Assembly (NCBI GenBank): GCA_963731625.1
Contig: CAVSWH010000023.1
Coordinates: 96,174 to 160,173, forward strand
Reading direction: 5' to 3'
DNA: 64,000 nucleotides
Origin: an uncultured Actinomycetes bacterium
Lineage (GTDB): Bacteria; Actinomycetota; Acidimicrobiia; IMCC26256; PALSA-555
Shown here piece by piece: positions 26,295 to 35,175 of the stretch. The stretch's first letter is position 1. Each line of letters opens with the position of its first letter. Below the pieces are notes generated by a model. It made no database searches. It was not told where the DNA came from and saw only the letters and a list, made by a program, of their open reading frames with translations. The position numbers were made by a program, and so were the translations under genes.

Positions 26295-28643
26295 CTAGTG
26301 GGCGAGCTGGCGGGGCTCGGGTGCGCGGCCGGCGGGCTGGCTCGGGCGCGGCCGGACCGGCGCCGGCGGGATCTTGCGGCGCACCGGGCTGTCGAGCGTG
26401 AAGGCCTCGCCGTGGTGGGTGAGGTCGATCGGCGCGCCGTCGCCGAGCTCGTAGGTCGCCTCGCTCTGTGTGGCCCGGACGTGGAGGCGCCGGCCGCGAT
26501 ACAAGAGGCGGAACGCCAGGCGCGTGAGGCCCGGGGGGAGGCGGGGCGCGAAGTGCAGCGTGCCCCCCCGGGCCCGCACTCCCCCGAGCCCGGCGACGAG
26601 CGCGCACCAGCCGCCGGCCAGGGCCGCGATGTGCAGGCCGTCGCTCGTGTTGTGCTCGACGTCGTCGAGGTCGATCAGCGCGGCCTCGGCGAGGTAGTCG
26701 TACGCCAGCTCGAGCTGGCCGACCTCGGCGGCGAGCACCGACTGGATCGCCGCGGACAGCGACGAGTCGCGGACCGTGAGCCGCTCGTAGAACGCGAAGT
26801 TGCGCGCCTTGAGCTCGTCGTCGAACGCGTCGCCGCGCAGGTACATGGCGAGCACGAGGTCGGCCTGCTTCACGACCTGCTTGCGGTACAGGTCGAAGTA
26901 CGGGAACGACAGCAGCAGCGGGTACTGGTCCGGCTTCGTCTCGGCGAAGTTCCAGACCTGATGCTCGGTGAAGGTCTCCGACTGGGGGTTCACGCCGAGA
27001 TGGTCGTCGTAGGGGATGTACATCGCCGCGGCGGCGGCCCGCCAGTCGCCGGCCTCCTCGTCGCGTAGCCCGAGGGCGGCGGCCTGGTCGGGGTGGCGCT
27101 CGACGCACTCGGCGGCGGCCCGCAGGTTCTGCTGGGCGAGCAGGTTCGTGTACACGTTGTTGTCGTGGAGCGCGCTGTACTCGTCGGGCCCGGTGACGCC
27201 GTCGATGCGGAACTTGCCCGCGCGGTCGTGGTGGCCGAGGCTCATCCAGAGCCGGGCGGTCTCGACGAGCAGGTCGACGCCGAAGTTGGCCTCGAACGCG
27301 TCGTCCTGGGTCGCGTCCAGGTAGCGCAGCACGGCGTCGGCGATGTCGGCGTTGACGTGGAACGCCGCCGTGCCCGCCGGCCAGTAGCTCGAGCACTCCT
27401 CGCCGGTGATGGTCCGCCACGGGAACGCGGCGCCGCGCAGCCCGAGGGTGCGCGCGCGGTCGCGGGCCGCGGGGAGCGTCGAGTGGCGCCAGCGGAGCGC
27501 GTCGGCCGTCGTGGACGGCATCGTGTAGGTCAGCACCGGCAGCACGAACGTCTCCGTGTCCCAGAACGCGTGCCCGTCGTAGCCGGTGCCGGTGAGGCCC
27601 TTCGCGGAGATGGCGCGCCGCTCGGCGCGGGCCCCGGCCTGCAGGACGTGGAACAGGCCGAAGCGCACCGACGACTGGATCTCGGGGTCGCCGTCGACCT
27701 CGACGTCGGCGCCGGTCCAGAACGCGTCGAGGTAGCCGCGCTGTTCCTTCACGAGGCCGTCCCAGCCGGTGTGGCGCGCTGCGGTGAGCGCGGCGTTGAC
27801 CTGGTCGCGCAAGGCCTGGCGTGACCGCGTCGCCGACCAGCCGTACGCGAGGAGCTTCACGATCCGGAGGCGCTGCCCGGGCTCCAGCACGGTCGTGATC
27901 GCGACGCGGGCGATGTCGGGGTCGACGATCGAGGACGTCTCGGTGCCCTCGGGCCCGTCGACCTCGTGGTTCGTCGCGACAGCGACGCCGAGTCCGCTCG
28001 CCGCGGTGCGGTGCACGAGGACGGCGGCGAGGTCCATGCACGCGTGGTCCTGGCTCTCGAGCGGGGCGGTGAGCGCGGCCGCGACGCGGGGGTCGTTGCC
28101 CAGCTCGGGGAGCGGCTCGTTCGCGACCAGCTCGGACTGCACCACGATGCGCGCCGAGTCCCCGATCGCCTCGACCTCGTAGTGGATGGCGGCGATCGAA
28201 CGCTGCGTGAACGACACGAGCCGGACGGTTGTCACGCGCACCCCCTGGCCCGCCGGGGAGCGCCACTCGGCGGTGCGGTGCAGCAGCCCGGTCTGCAGGT
28301 CGAGGATCCGCTCGTGGGAGAGCAGCTCGCCGTAGCGGACGTCGAAGGGCTCGTCGTCGACGAGGAGGCGGAGCAGCTTCCCGTCGGTCACGTTGATGAG
28401 CGACTGGCCGTCCTCGGGATAGCCATACCCGGCCTCGGCGTACGGGAGGGGCCGGCGCTCGAAGACCGAGTTGAGGTACGTGCCCGGCATGCCGGCCGGC
28501 TCGCCCTCCTCGAGGTTGCCGCGCAGGCCGAGGTGGCCGTTGGCGAGCGCGAACACCGATTCGGTCTGTGCGAGCGTCTCGAGCTCGAGGTACTCCTCCC
28601 GGAGCCGCCACGGCTCGTAGGAGAACGCGGGGTGGCGGATCAT
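26295..28643 (-). CDS. glycoside hydrolase family 65 phosphorylase (maltose/trehalose/kojibiose phosphorylase type)
   Basis: 782-aa ORF. N-terminus EPWRLREEYLELETLAQTESVFALANGHLGLRGNLEEGEP and overall length fit GH65. Its ATG overlaps the stop of the upstream beta-PGM gene (ATGA). Confidence 0.92.
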   Translation of the reverse strand: MIRHPAFSYEPWRLREEYLELETLAQTESVFALANGHLGLRGNLEEGEPAGMPGTYLNSVFERRPLPYAEAGYGYPEDGQSLINVTDGKLLRLLVDDEPFDVRYGELLSHERILDLQTGLLHRTAEWRSPAGQGVRVTTVRLVSFTQRSIAAIHYEVEAIGDSARIVVQSELVANEPLPELGNDPRVAAALTAPLESQDHACMDLAAVLVHRTAASGLGVAVATNHEVDGPEGTETSSIVDPDIARVAITTVLEPGQRLRIVKLLAYGWSATRSRQALRDQVNAALTAARHTGWDGLVKEQRGYLDAFWTGADVEVDGDPEIQSSVRFGLFHVLQAGARAERRAISAKGLTGTGYDGHAFWDTETFVLPVLTYTMPSTTADALRWRHSTLPAARDRARTLGLRGAAFPWRTITGEECSSYWPAGTAAFHVNADIADAVLRYLDATQDDAFEANFGVDLLVETARLWMSLGHHDRAGKFRIDGVTGPDEYSALHDNNVYTNLLAQQNLRAAAECVERHPDQAAALGLRDEEAGDWRAAAAAMYIPYDDHLGVNPQSETFTEHQVWNFAETKPDQYPLLLSFPYFDLYRKQVVKQADLVLAMYLRGDAFDDELKARNFAFYERLTVRDSSLSAAIQSVLAAEVGQLELAYDYLAEAALIDLDDVEHNTSDGLHIAALAGGWCALVAGLGGVRARGGTLHFAPRLPPGLTRLAFRLLYRGRRLHVRATQSEATYELGDGAPIDLTHHGEAFTLDSPVRRKIPPAPVRPRPSQPAGRAPEPRQLAH

Positions 28644-29428
28644 TTGGGCAGCAGGTCGGCGAGGTCCTCGACGACGATGTCGCCGCCGGCCTGGCGCAGC
28701 GCGTCGGCCTGGTGGAGCCGGTCGACGCCGACGACGAACCCGAAGTGGCCGGCCTTGCCGGCCTGCATGCCGGCGAGCGCGTCCTCGAAGACGGCGGCGG
28801 CGGCGGGCGCGACGCCGAGCCGCTTCGCCGCGGCGAGGAACGTGTCGGGGGCCGGCTTGCCCGCGAGGCCCTCGTCGGTGACCGCGTGCCCGTCGACGAC
28901 CGTGTCGAAGAGGTCGGCGATCCCGGCGGCGGCCAGGACGTCCTTGGCGTTGGCGCTCGACGAGACGACGGCGCGGGCGAGGCCGGCGTCGCGGACCGCG
29001 TCGACGTAGCGACGGGACCCGGGATAGGGGGCGACGCCGTCGGCGTGGATGCGCTCGAGCACGAGGACGTTCTTCCGGTTGCCGAGCCCGTTCACCGTGT
29101 CCGCGCTCGGGGGGTCATCCGGGCTCCCGTCGGGGAGCGTGATGCCGCGCGACGCGAGGAACGAGCGGACGCCGTCGGCGCGGGGCTTGCCGTCGACGTA
29201 GCGCTCGTAGTCGGTCGTGTCGAACGTCTGGAAGGGCTGGTCGTGCTGCGCCGACCAACTCTGCAGGTAGGCGTCGAACATCTCCTTCCACGCCGCCTCG
29301 TGGACGGCGGCCGTCGGGGTGAGGACCCCGTCGAGGTCGAAGAGGCACGCCGTGATGGCGTCGGGCAGCCCGAGCACGATGACAGGGTAGAAGGCCGCGT
29401 CCCCGAGCGGTCGGTACGGTGCAGGCAT
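28640..29428 (-). CDS. pgmB: beta-phosphoglucomutase family HAD hydrolase
   Basis: The HAD motif I is CLFDLDGVLT, with further motifs SSSANAK and EDALAGMQAGKAAG-like. The start is uncertain: ATG at 29426-29428, or a downstream GTG just before VLGLPDAITACLFDLDG. Confidence 0.85.
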   Translation of the reverse strand: MPAPYRPLGDAAFYPVIVLGLPDAITACLFDLDGVLTPTAAVHEAAWKEMFDAYLQSWSAQHDQPFQTFDTTDYERYVDGKPRADGVRSFLASRGITLPDGSPDDPPSADTVNGLGNRKNVLVLERIHADGVAPYPGSRRYVDAVRDAGLARAVVSSSANAKDVLAAAGIADLFDTVVDGHAVTDEGLAGKPAPDTFLAAAKRLGVAPAAAAVFEDALAGMQAGKAGHFGFVVGVDRLHQADALRQAGGDIVVEDLADLLPK

Positions 29429-29684
29429 GCCGGGCACACCGCGGCCCGACGGTCGCATCGTCGAGCTGGCCCGGTTCCCGACGCGCTTCGAGGCCGACGT
29501 CGTCATCTCGATGCTCGAGAGCAACGGGATCCGGGCCACCGCCGACTACGGCGACGGGGGAGGCTGGCTCCCCCACGTCGCCCTCTACCAGGGCGCCCGC
29601 GTGCTCGTGCTCGACGACGATCTCGAGGCCGCCCAGGTCCTCCTCAAGGCGGCGGCGCCGCTCGAGGAGCCGACCGACAACTGA
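29427..29684 (+). CDS. DUF2007-like small protein (putative signal-transducing protein)
   Basis: 85-aa ORF. ARFPTRFEADVVISMLESNGI ... VLVLDDDLEAAQVLL fits the DUF2007 pattern as I recall it. Confidence 0.6.
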   Translation: MPGTPRPDGRIVELARFPTRFEADVVISMLESNGIRATADYGDGGGWLPHVALYQGARVLVLDDDLEAAQVLLKAAAPLEEPTDN

Positions 29685-30089
29685 TCAGGCCCGCTCGAGG
29701 ACGACGACCGGGATCCGGCGTGTGGTCTTCTGCTCGTACTCGGCGAACTGGGGGACCCGCTCCTTCTGGGTCGCCCAGATGCGCTCGCGCTCCTCGCCCT
29801 CGGTGACGCGGGCGCGGACGCGGAGGGTCTCGGTGCCGACCTCGATGCTCGTCGACGGGTTCGCGACCAGGTTGTGGTACCAGGCCGGGTTCGTCGGGGC
29901 GCCCGCCTTGGACGCGAAGATCGCGAAATCGTCCCCGAGGGGGAGGTAGCCGAGCGGGCTCACCCGCTCCGTGCCCGTCTTGGCGCCGCGGTGGTGCAGC
30001 AAGAGCAGCGTCGCGTGCTCGAACATCCCGCCGACCTGTCCGCCGTTGGCGTGGAACTCGTCGATGATCTGCTGGTTGAAGTCGGGCAT
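29685..30089 (-). CDS. deazaflavin (F420H2)-dependent nitroreductase family protein (DDN-like)
   Basis: ATG at 30087-30089 (GGAG upstream). The product MPDFNQQIIDEFHANGGQVGGMFEHATLLLLHHRGAKTGTERVSPL ... NPAWYHNLVANP ... RRIPVVVLERA matches the DDN family pattern end to end. Confidence 0.88.
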   Translation of the reverse strand: MPDFNQQIIDEFHANGGQVGGMFEHATLLLLHHRGAKTGTERVSPLGYLPLGDDFAIFASKAGAPTNPAWYHNLVANPSTSIEVGTETLRVRARVTEGEERERIWATQKERVPQFAEYEQKTTRRIPVVVLERA

Positions 30090-30100
30090 GCCAGCTCCTT

Positions 30101-30484
30101 TCAGCGGGCCACGGCGGCGGCGGGGTCGGCCTGGAGCTCGATCGTGAACCCGGACGGGTCGACGATCCACACCTGGACGACGTCGCCTTGCCGCCCGGTG
30201 ACGTAGGGGATGGCCCGCTCGTCGAGCTCGGCGATCGCCGCGTCGAGGTCGTCGACGCCCACGCAGAGATGGGGACCGGTGGGGTCGATCGCCGGCGCGC
30301 CCGCGCACGGCGCGTCGACGAGGTGCAGCTGGGCGTCCCCGACGGCGAACCAGTGACCCTCGACACCGGGGATGACGGGACGGTCGGCGGAGGGCAGCGA
30401 CAGCAGCTCGGCGTAGAAGCCGGTCGTCGTGTCCAGGCTGCCCTGGACGTTCACCGAGGCGTGCAGGATGCGGGTGGCCTTCAT
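30101..30484 (-). CDS. VOC (glyoxalase/bleomycin-resistance/dioxygenase) family protein
   Basis: ATG at 30482-30484 preceded by GGAGGA. ILHASVNV ... FYAELLSL ... HLCVGVDDLDAAIAEL is typical of a VOC fold. Confidence 0.8.
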   Translation of the reverse strand: MKATRILHASVNVQGSLDTTTGFYAELLSLPSADRPVIPGVEGHWFAVGDAQLHLVDAPCAGAPAIDPTGPHLCVGVDDLDAAIAELDERAIPYVTGRQGDVVQVWIVDPSGFTIELQADPAAAVAR

Positions 30485-30578
30485 CGCTCCTCCGGTCGGG
30501 CGGCCGAGCCCGGGGGGTCGCGGCCGTCCACTAGAACCAGGGTCTTCGCGTGCGTGGTCATCGACTGTAGGAGGTCGC

Positions 30579-31733
30579 GTGGACCGGGTTCGGATGGGGA
30601 TCGTCGGGGTCGGCAACATCGCGCCCCTCAACGTCGCGGGGTACCTGGACCACGACCGCTGTGACGTCGTCGCGCTGTGCGACCCACGCGAGGACAAGGC
30701 GAGGGCCATGGCGCAGGAGTGGAGCGTCCCGAAGGTCTACACGGCGCTCGACGACCTGCTCGCCGACCCCGACGTCGACGCCGTCGAGGTGCTCACCCCT
30801 ACGTACCTGCACAAGGAGCACGTGCTCGCCGCGCTCGCCGCCGGCAAGCACGTGTCGTGCCAGAAGCCGCTCGCCAACTCGGTCGCCGACGGGATCGAGA
30901 TGACCGAGGCCGCCCGACGCGCCGGGCTGACGTTCCGGGTGAGCGAGTGCTTCTTCCACTACCCGCCCCTCGTGAAGGCGAAGGAGCTCATCGCCGCCGG
31001 CGCGATCGGGGCGCCGACGATGCTGCGGGTGAAGACCGTCGTCGGGACGACCGACACCGAGTTCCAGAACAACCTCGAGCCCCAGGGCTACGTGTGGCGC
31101 TTCAACGCGCAGAGCCCCGGCGGGCACCTCTTCGACGACGTCGCGCACAAGTACGCGACGGCGCTGTGGCTCTTCGACCAGGACATCCGCAGCGTGCAGG
31201 CGGTCGTGCGCCAGGCACCGATCTTCTTCGAGGCGCCGACGGCGGCGATCTTCGAGTACGAGCGCGACACGCTGCTCGGGATGATGGAGGTGACGTATGC
31301 GCCGCGGATGGCGATGCGCAGCCGCTACTACGGCGCCGACGAGTTCTTCGAGGTGCAGGGAACCGACGGCTTCCTCTGGGTGACGCGCGCCACCGGCGAG
31401 ATGCTCGATCTGGCCCCGCTCATCGTGCGCCACCCGGACGGGACGACCACCGAGTACTCGACGATCGACGCCAACTGGTTCTCGGGGTTCAAGAACTCGT
31501 CCCACGACTTCGTCGACGCGCTGCTCGAGGGGCGCGCGGACCCCGAGATGAGCGGCGACCTCGCGGTGAAGACGCTGCAGCTGTGCTTCGCCGTCTACGA
31601 GGCGAGCAACGAGCGCCGCCCGGTCGACCCGTCGAGCATCCAGGGATCGGTGTCGCCGGCCTGGTGGCCCCCCGACCTGTCCCAGACGCTCGAGCGCATG
31701 GAGCGCTACGGGGACGAGGCGACCCGCTCGTAG
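30579..31733 (+). CDS. Gfo/Idh/MocA family oxidoreductase
   Basis: GTG at 30579 (AGGAGG 4 nt upstream), or alternatively ATG at 30594. Rossmann start RMGIVGVGNIA, plus EVLTPTYLHKEHVLAALAAGKHVSCQKPLA. Confidence 0.88.
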   Translation: MDRVRMGIVGVGNIAPLNVAGYLDHDRCDVVALCDPREDKARAMAQEWSVPKVYTALDDLLADPDVDAVEVLTPTYLHKEHVLAALAAGKHVSCQKPLANSVADGIEMTEAARRAGLTFRVSECFFHYPPLVKAKELIAAGAIGAPTMLRVKTVVGTTDTEFQNNLEPQGYVWRFNAQSPGGHLFDDVAHKYATALWLFDQDIRSVQAVVRQAPIFFEAPTAAIFEYERDTLLGMMEVTYAPRMAMRSRYYGADEFFEVQGTDGFLWVTRATGEMLDLAPLIVRHPDGTTTEYSTIDANWFSGFKNSSHDFVDALLEGRADPEMSGDLAVKTLQLCFAVYEASNERRPVDPSSIQGSVSPAWWPPDLSQTLERMERYGDEATRS

Positions 31734-32179
31734 CCCGCGGCCGGCGTGCCCGGCGGGTGATGGACGCCGGGGCGCGCCGCCGGGTTCGCGACCAAGACCT
31801 CACCCTCGAGCCCGTCGGGGTCGCGGAAGAAGAGGCTGAGGGCGGGCCCGAAGTCGGTGACGAAGCCGTCGGTCGCGCCGACGTCGATGAGGCGCTGGCG
31901 GATCGTGTCGAACGCGGCGGTTGACGCGGCCTGCAGGCCGAGATGGTCGATGCGGCCCCGCCCGAACATCGGCGTCTGGCGCTCCGCCTCGTGGTTGTCG
32001 TCGATCTCGAACACGTTGAGCTGCGCCCCCGGGCCGACGTCCACGAACGACAGGCGCACGCCCGGGCCCTCGCTCGCCTCGTGGGACACCGGCGCGTCGA
32101 AGATGTCCCGGTAGAACGCGTGGAGTCGGTCCGCGTCCTTCGTGATGATGGCGACGTGGTTCACACCGTCCAGCAGCAT
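31706..32179 (-). CDS. VOC family protein
   Basis: ATG at 32177-32179 inside ORF 31706..32860. MLLDGVNHVAIITKDADRLHAFYRDIF ... IDHLGLQA. It converges on the Gfo/Idh/MocA gene with a 28-nt overlap. Confidence 0.8.
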   Translation of the reverse strand: MLLDGVNHVAIITKDADRLHAFYRDIFDAPVSHEASEGPGVRLSFVDVGPGAQLNVFEIDDNHEAERQTPMFGRGRIDHLGLQAASTAAFDTIRQRLIDVGATDGFVTDFGPALSLFFRDPDGLEGEVLVANPAARPGVHHPPGTPAAGYERVASSP

Positions 32180-32247
32180 CGCGGGCTCCGTTCGTCCGGG
32201 GAGGCGCCCACCGTACCGGTCGTGCCGCCGCGTCTCGACCGGCGTGG

Positions 32248-33300
32248 TCAGCGGGTCGCGCGGTCGCCCGTGGCGCGCGCCACGGACGTCGCGACGTCGT
32301 GCCAGCGCTCGAGCGTGCCGCCACCCGGCGTCCAGCCCTCGGTGGAGCCGTACATCACGAGGCGGTCCGCGACGCCGCGGTAGCGCTCGACGAGCGCGTC
32401 GGCGAGCCGGTCCCACGTGGCCGTCACGGTGTACTCGTCGAGCATCTCGTCGGTGATCGTGGCGGACATCCCGGCGAGGTCGCCGGCTCGCTGCAGCTCG
32501 TGCAGGCGGTCCGCCGTGCCCTCCCAGCCGTGCAGGTCGAACACGCCGTGGTAGGTGCGCGTCGAGCCGTAGAACGCCACGCGGAGACGGTGCGCGTCGC
32601 GCGCCACTTCGAGCGCCGCGTCCGTCTCGCCGACGTTCACCATCACCGGGCACACGACGGTCACCGCCGAGGCGTCGCGACCCGCCGCCTCGGTGCCCTC
32701 GCGCACCGACGGCAGGACGACCTCCTGGAGGTAGCGGGGCGAGTGGAACGGATGGACGTGGATCCCGTCCGCCACCTCGCCCGCCATCCGGGCCATCCAC
32801 GGCCGGACCGCGGCGATGTACACGGGCACGTCCGGGTGCGCGATCGGTCCGGGGCTCCACTGGGGCGGCAGGAGGTTGAGCCGCCAGTAGTCGCCCTGGA
32901 AGTCGAGGGGCGCGTCGCCCTGGAAGGCCCGGAAGATCGCCCGCAGCGCCAGCACGTACTCACGGAGCCGTGAGCCCGGGTGGTCGAACGTCATGCCGTA
33001 GCGGCGCTCGATGTGGGCCTTCACCTGCGTGCCGAGGCCGAGGATGAAGCGGCCGTCGGTGGTGTCGGCGAGCTCCCACGCGACGGCCGCCGTGACCATC
33101 GGACTGCGCGGGAAGGCGAGCGCGACCGCGGTGCCGATGTCGAGGCGCTCGGCTGTGAGCGCCGCCGCCGCGCAGCCCGTGTACGCCGTGCGGCCGCTCT
33201 CGGTGAACCACAGGCCGTCGAAGCCCACCCGCTCGACGTCGCGCGTCAGGTCGGGGACCGCGCGCATGGACACGCCCATCGTGATCGCGTCGAGCTTCAT
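32248..33300 (-). CDS. LLM-class F420-dependent oxidoreductase
   Basis: ATG at 33298-33300 (GGAG upstream) inside ORF 32248..34602. FDGLWFTESGRTAY ... RFILGLGTQVKAHIERRYG are luciferase-like monooxygenase family blocks. Confidence 0.88.
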   Translation of the reverse strand: MKLDAITMGVSMRAVPDLTRDVERVGFDGLWFTESGRTAYTGCAAAALTAERLDIGTAVALAFPRSPMVTAAVAWELADTTDGRFILGLGTQVKAHIERRYGMTFDHPGSRLREYVLALRAIFRAFQGDAPLDFQGDYWRLNLLPPQWSPGPIAHPDVPVYIAAVRPWMARMAGEVADGIHVHPFHSPRYLQEVVLPSVREGTEAAGRDASAVTVVCPVMVNVGETDAALEVARDAHRLRVAFYGSTRTYHGVFDLHGWEGTADRLHELQRAGDLAGMSATITDEMLDEYTVTATWDRLADALVERYRGVADRLVMYGSTEGWTPGGGTLERWHDVATSVARATGDRATR

Positions 33301-33360
33301 CGGACTCCGGCTCGCGACGTGCCGGTAAGGTAACAGCCCTTCAGCCGAGCGAGAGAGGCC

Positions 33361-34677
33361 GTGGTGGCCGACGCCGACACCCCGTTCGCCCCCCACGTGC
33401 TCGACCTCGTCGCCGCCGGCGCGCGCCCCTCCGACGCCGCCGCTGCGGTGCAGCGCACCGCCGTGCCGGCGGTCGAGGTCGCGCCGCGGGTCCACATCAT
33501 CCAGCCGTCGATCGTCAACGTGTACGTGCTCGAGACCGACGACGGGCTCGTGCTCATCGACTGCGGGTTGGCCCGCGACGCCGACGCGGTCTACGGCGCG
33601 GTGCGCGACCGCTTCGACGCGCCGCTGCACACCGTGATCTTCACCCACGGGCACCTCGACCACTGCTTCGGTCTCACTCGCTTCCTCGACGCGGGAGAGC
33701 GGCCACAGGTCGTGGCGCACGAGAACGTCCAGCGGCGCTTCGAGACATACCTGCGCACCCCCCGGCTCAACGCGATCGTGAACCAGCGGCAATGGCAGCT
33801 GCCGGAGCTGCCCTGGGCGCCGGTGAGCCGCGACGACTTCGTCTGGCCCGACGTCACCTACCGCGACGAGCTCGAGCTGCGCATCGGCGGTGAGGTGTTC
33901 CGCTGCCGGCACGGCATGGGCGAGACCGACGACCACACGTGGGTCTGGATCCCGGGGCGACGCACGCTCGCGTCCGGCGACTTCTTCTGCCGGACGATGC
34001 CCAACTGCGGGAACCCGAACAAGGTGCTGCGCTACCCCGAGGAATGGGCGGCGGCGGACGAGGAGATGGCCGCGCTCGGCGCCGAGCTCATGCTGCCCGG
34101 GCACGGCGAGCCGATCCACGGCGAGGACCAGATCCGCACCGGGCTGCTCGAGCAGGCCGAGTTCCTCCACGCCGTCGTCGACCAGACGCTCGAAGGGCTG
34201 AACCGGGGCTGGCGTCACGACGAGATCGTCCGGTCGATCCGCGTGCCCGAGCACCTCGCCGGTCTCGAGCACCTGCAGCCGACCTATGACCGGCCGGAGT
34301 TCATCGCCCGCAACGTCATCCGCCGCTACGGCGGCTGGTTCGACGGCTACGCCGCGGACCTGCTCCCCGCATCCGGGGAAGAGATCGGCGCGGAGGTCGC
34401 CGCGCTCGCCGGGGGCGTCGCCGCGCTGGTGGCGCGGGCCCGTGCGCTCGCCGACTCGAACCTCCCGTTGGCGTGCCATCTCGCCGAATGGGCGTATCTG
34501 GCGGCGCCCGACGACGACGCGGCCCGCCAGTGCGTCATCGACCTGTTCACGGCGCGGGCCGACGCCGACCCGTCGCTCATGTCGAAGGGCGTCTACCGGC
34601 ACCTCGTGCGCCGGGCCGACGGGACGTACGACCCGGAACGGGAGCTCGGGCCGAGCCCACCGCGCCCTCGCGCCTGA
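33361..34677 (+). CDS. MBL-fold metallo-hydrolase with alkyl-sulfatase-type dimerisation domain
   Basis: 438-aa ORF (GTG start). VYVLETDDGLVLIDCG and the metallo-beta-lactamase motif FTHGHLDH. The C-terminal helical region resembles the alkyl-sulfatase dimerisation domain. No SCP2 tail. Confidence 0.85.
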   Translation: MVADADTPFAPHVLDLVAAGARPSDAAAAVQRTAVPAVEVAPRVHIIQPSIVNVYVLETDDGLVLIDCGLARDADAVYGAVRDRFDAPLHTVIFTHGHLDHCFGLTRFLDAGERPQVVAHENVQRRFETYLRTPRLNAIVNQRQWQLPELPWAPVSRDDFVWPDVTYRDELELRIGGEVFRCRHGMGETDDHTWVWIPGRRTLASGDFFCRTMPNCGNPNKVLRYPEEWAAADEEMAALGAELMLPGHGEPIHGEDQIRTGLLEQAEFLHAVVDQTLEGLNRGWRHDEIVRSIRVPEHLAGLEHLQPTYDRPEFIARNVIRRYGGWFDGYAADLLPASGEEIGAEVAALAGGVAALVARARALADSNLPLACHLAEWAYLAAPDDDAARQCVIDLFTARADADPSLMSKGVYRHLVRRADGTYDPERELGPSPPRPRA

Positions 34678-34680
34678 GCG

Positions 34681-35175
34681 TCAGCGGCGCCCGCGCCGCG
34701 ACAGGTCCGCGCACTCCTCGCAGACCGTCGCCGGGATCACGCCGGCGTCCATCAGGCGCGCGAACGCCCAACAGCCGACGCAGAACCCCGCGAGGCCCTC
34801 GAGGGCGGCGGCGCACGCCACGAGCACGACGAGCACGACCGCCGCCGTCGTGGCGCCCAGGAACGCGAGCAGGGCCGCGGGGACCGTGAGCGCGGCGCCG
34901 ATCCCCTGCGCGAAGCGCTTCGGCGGGCCGGGTGTCCAGCGCGGCGCGCCGAGCCGGGGCGCGATCACCCGCGACGCGACGAACGCGATCGGGTCGATCC
35001 GGCTGGCGGTGGTGACCCGCAGCACGAACCCGGCGGCGAGCACCGCGATGACCCAGCGGTTGCCCGTGGCGGCCGCGGCGAGGCTCAGCACGAGGACCGT
35101 GCACGCCACCGTGCGGGCGACGAGCTCGTTGACCGGGTTCGGGAACCGCAGCAGCGCCGGCAGCCCGGTCGCCAT
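34681..35175 (-). CDS. DUF4395 domain membrane protein
   Basis: 164-aa ORF with four hydrophobic segments and the C-terminal FCVGCWAF ... CEEC cysteines. Its ATG shares one base with the upstream stop (TGATG). Confidence 0.75.
   Translation of the reverse strand: MATGLPALLRFPNPVNELVARTVACTVLVLSLAAAATGNRWVIAVLAAGFVLRVTTASRIDPIAFVASRVIAPRLGAPRWTPGPPKRFAQGIGAALTVPAALLAFLGATTAAVVLVVLVACAAALEGLAGFCVGCWAFARLMDAGVIPATVCEECADLSRRGRR

Noticed and set aside
25639-28611. 990-aa minus-strand ORF, longer than the GH65 ORF it overlaps.
   Set aside because: It is an alternative frame of the GH65 gene, Arg/Pro/Ala-rich with no recognisable motifs. The 26295..28643 frame carries the GH65 signature from end to end.
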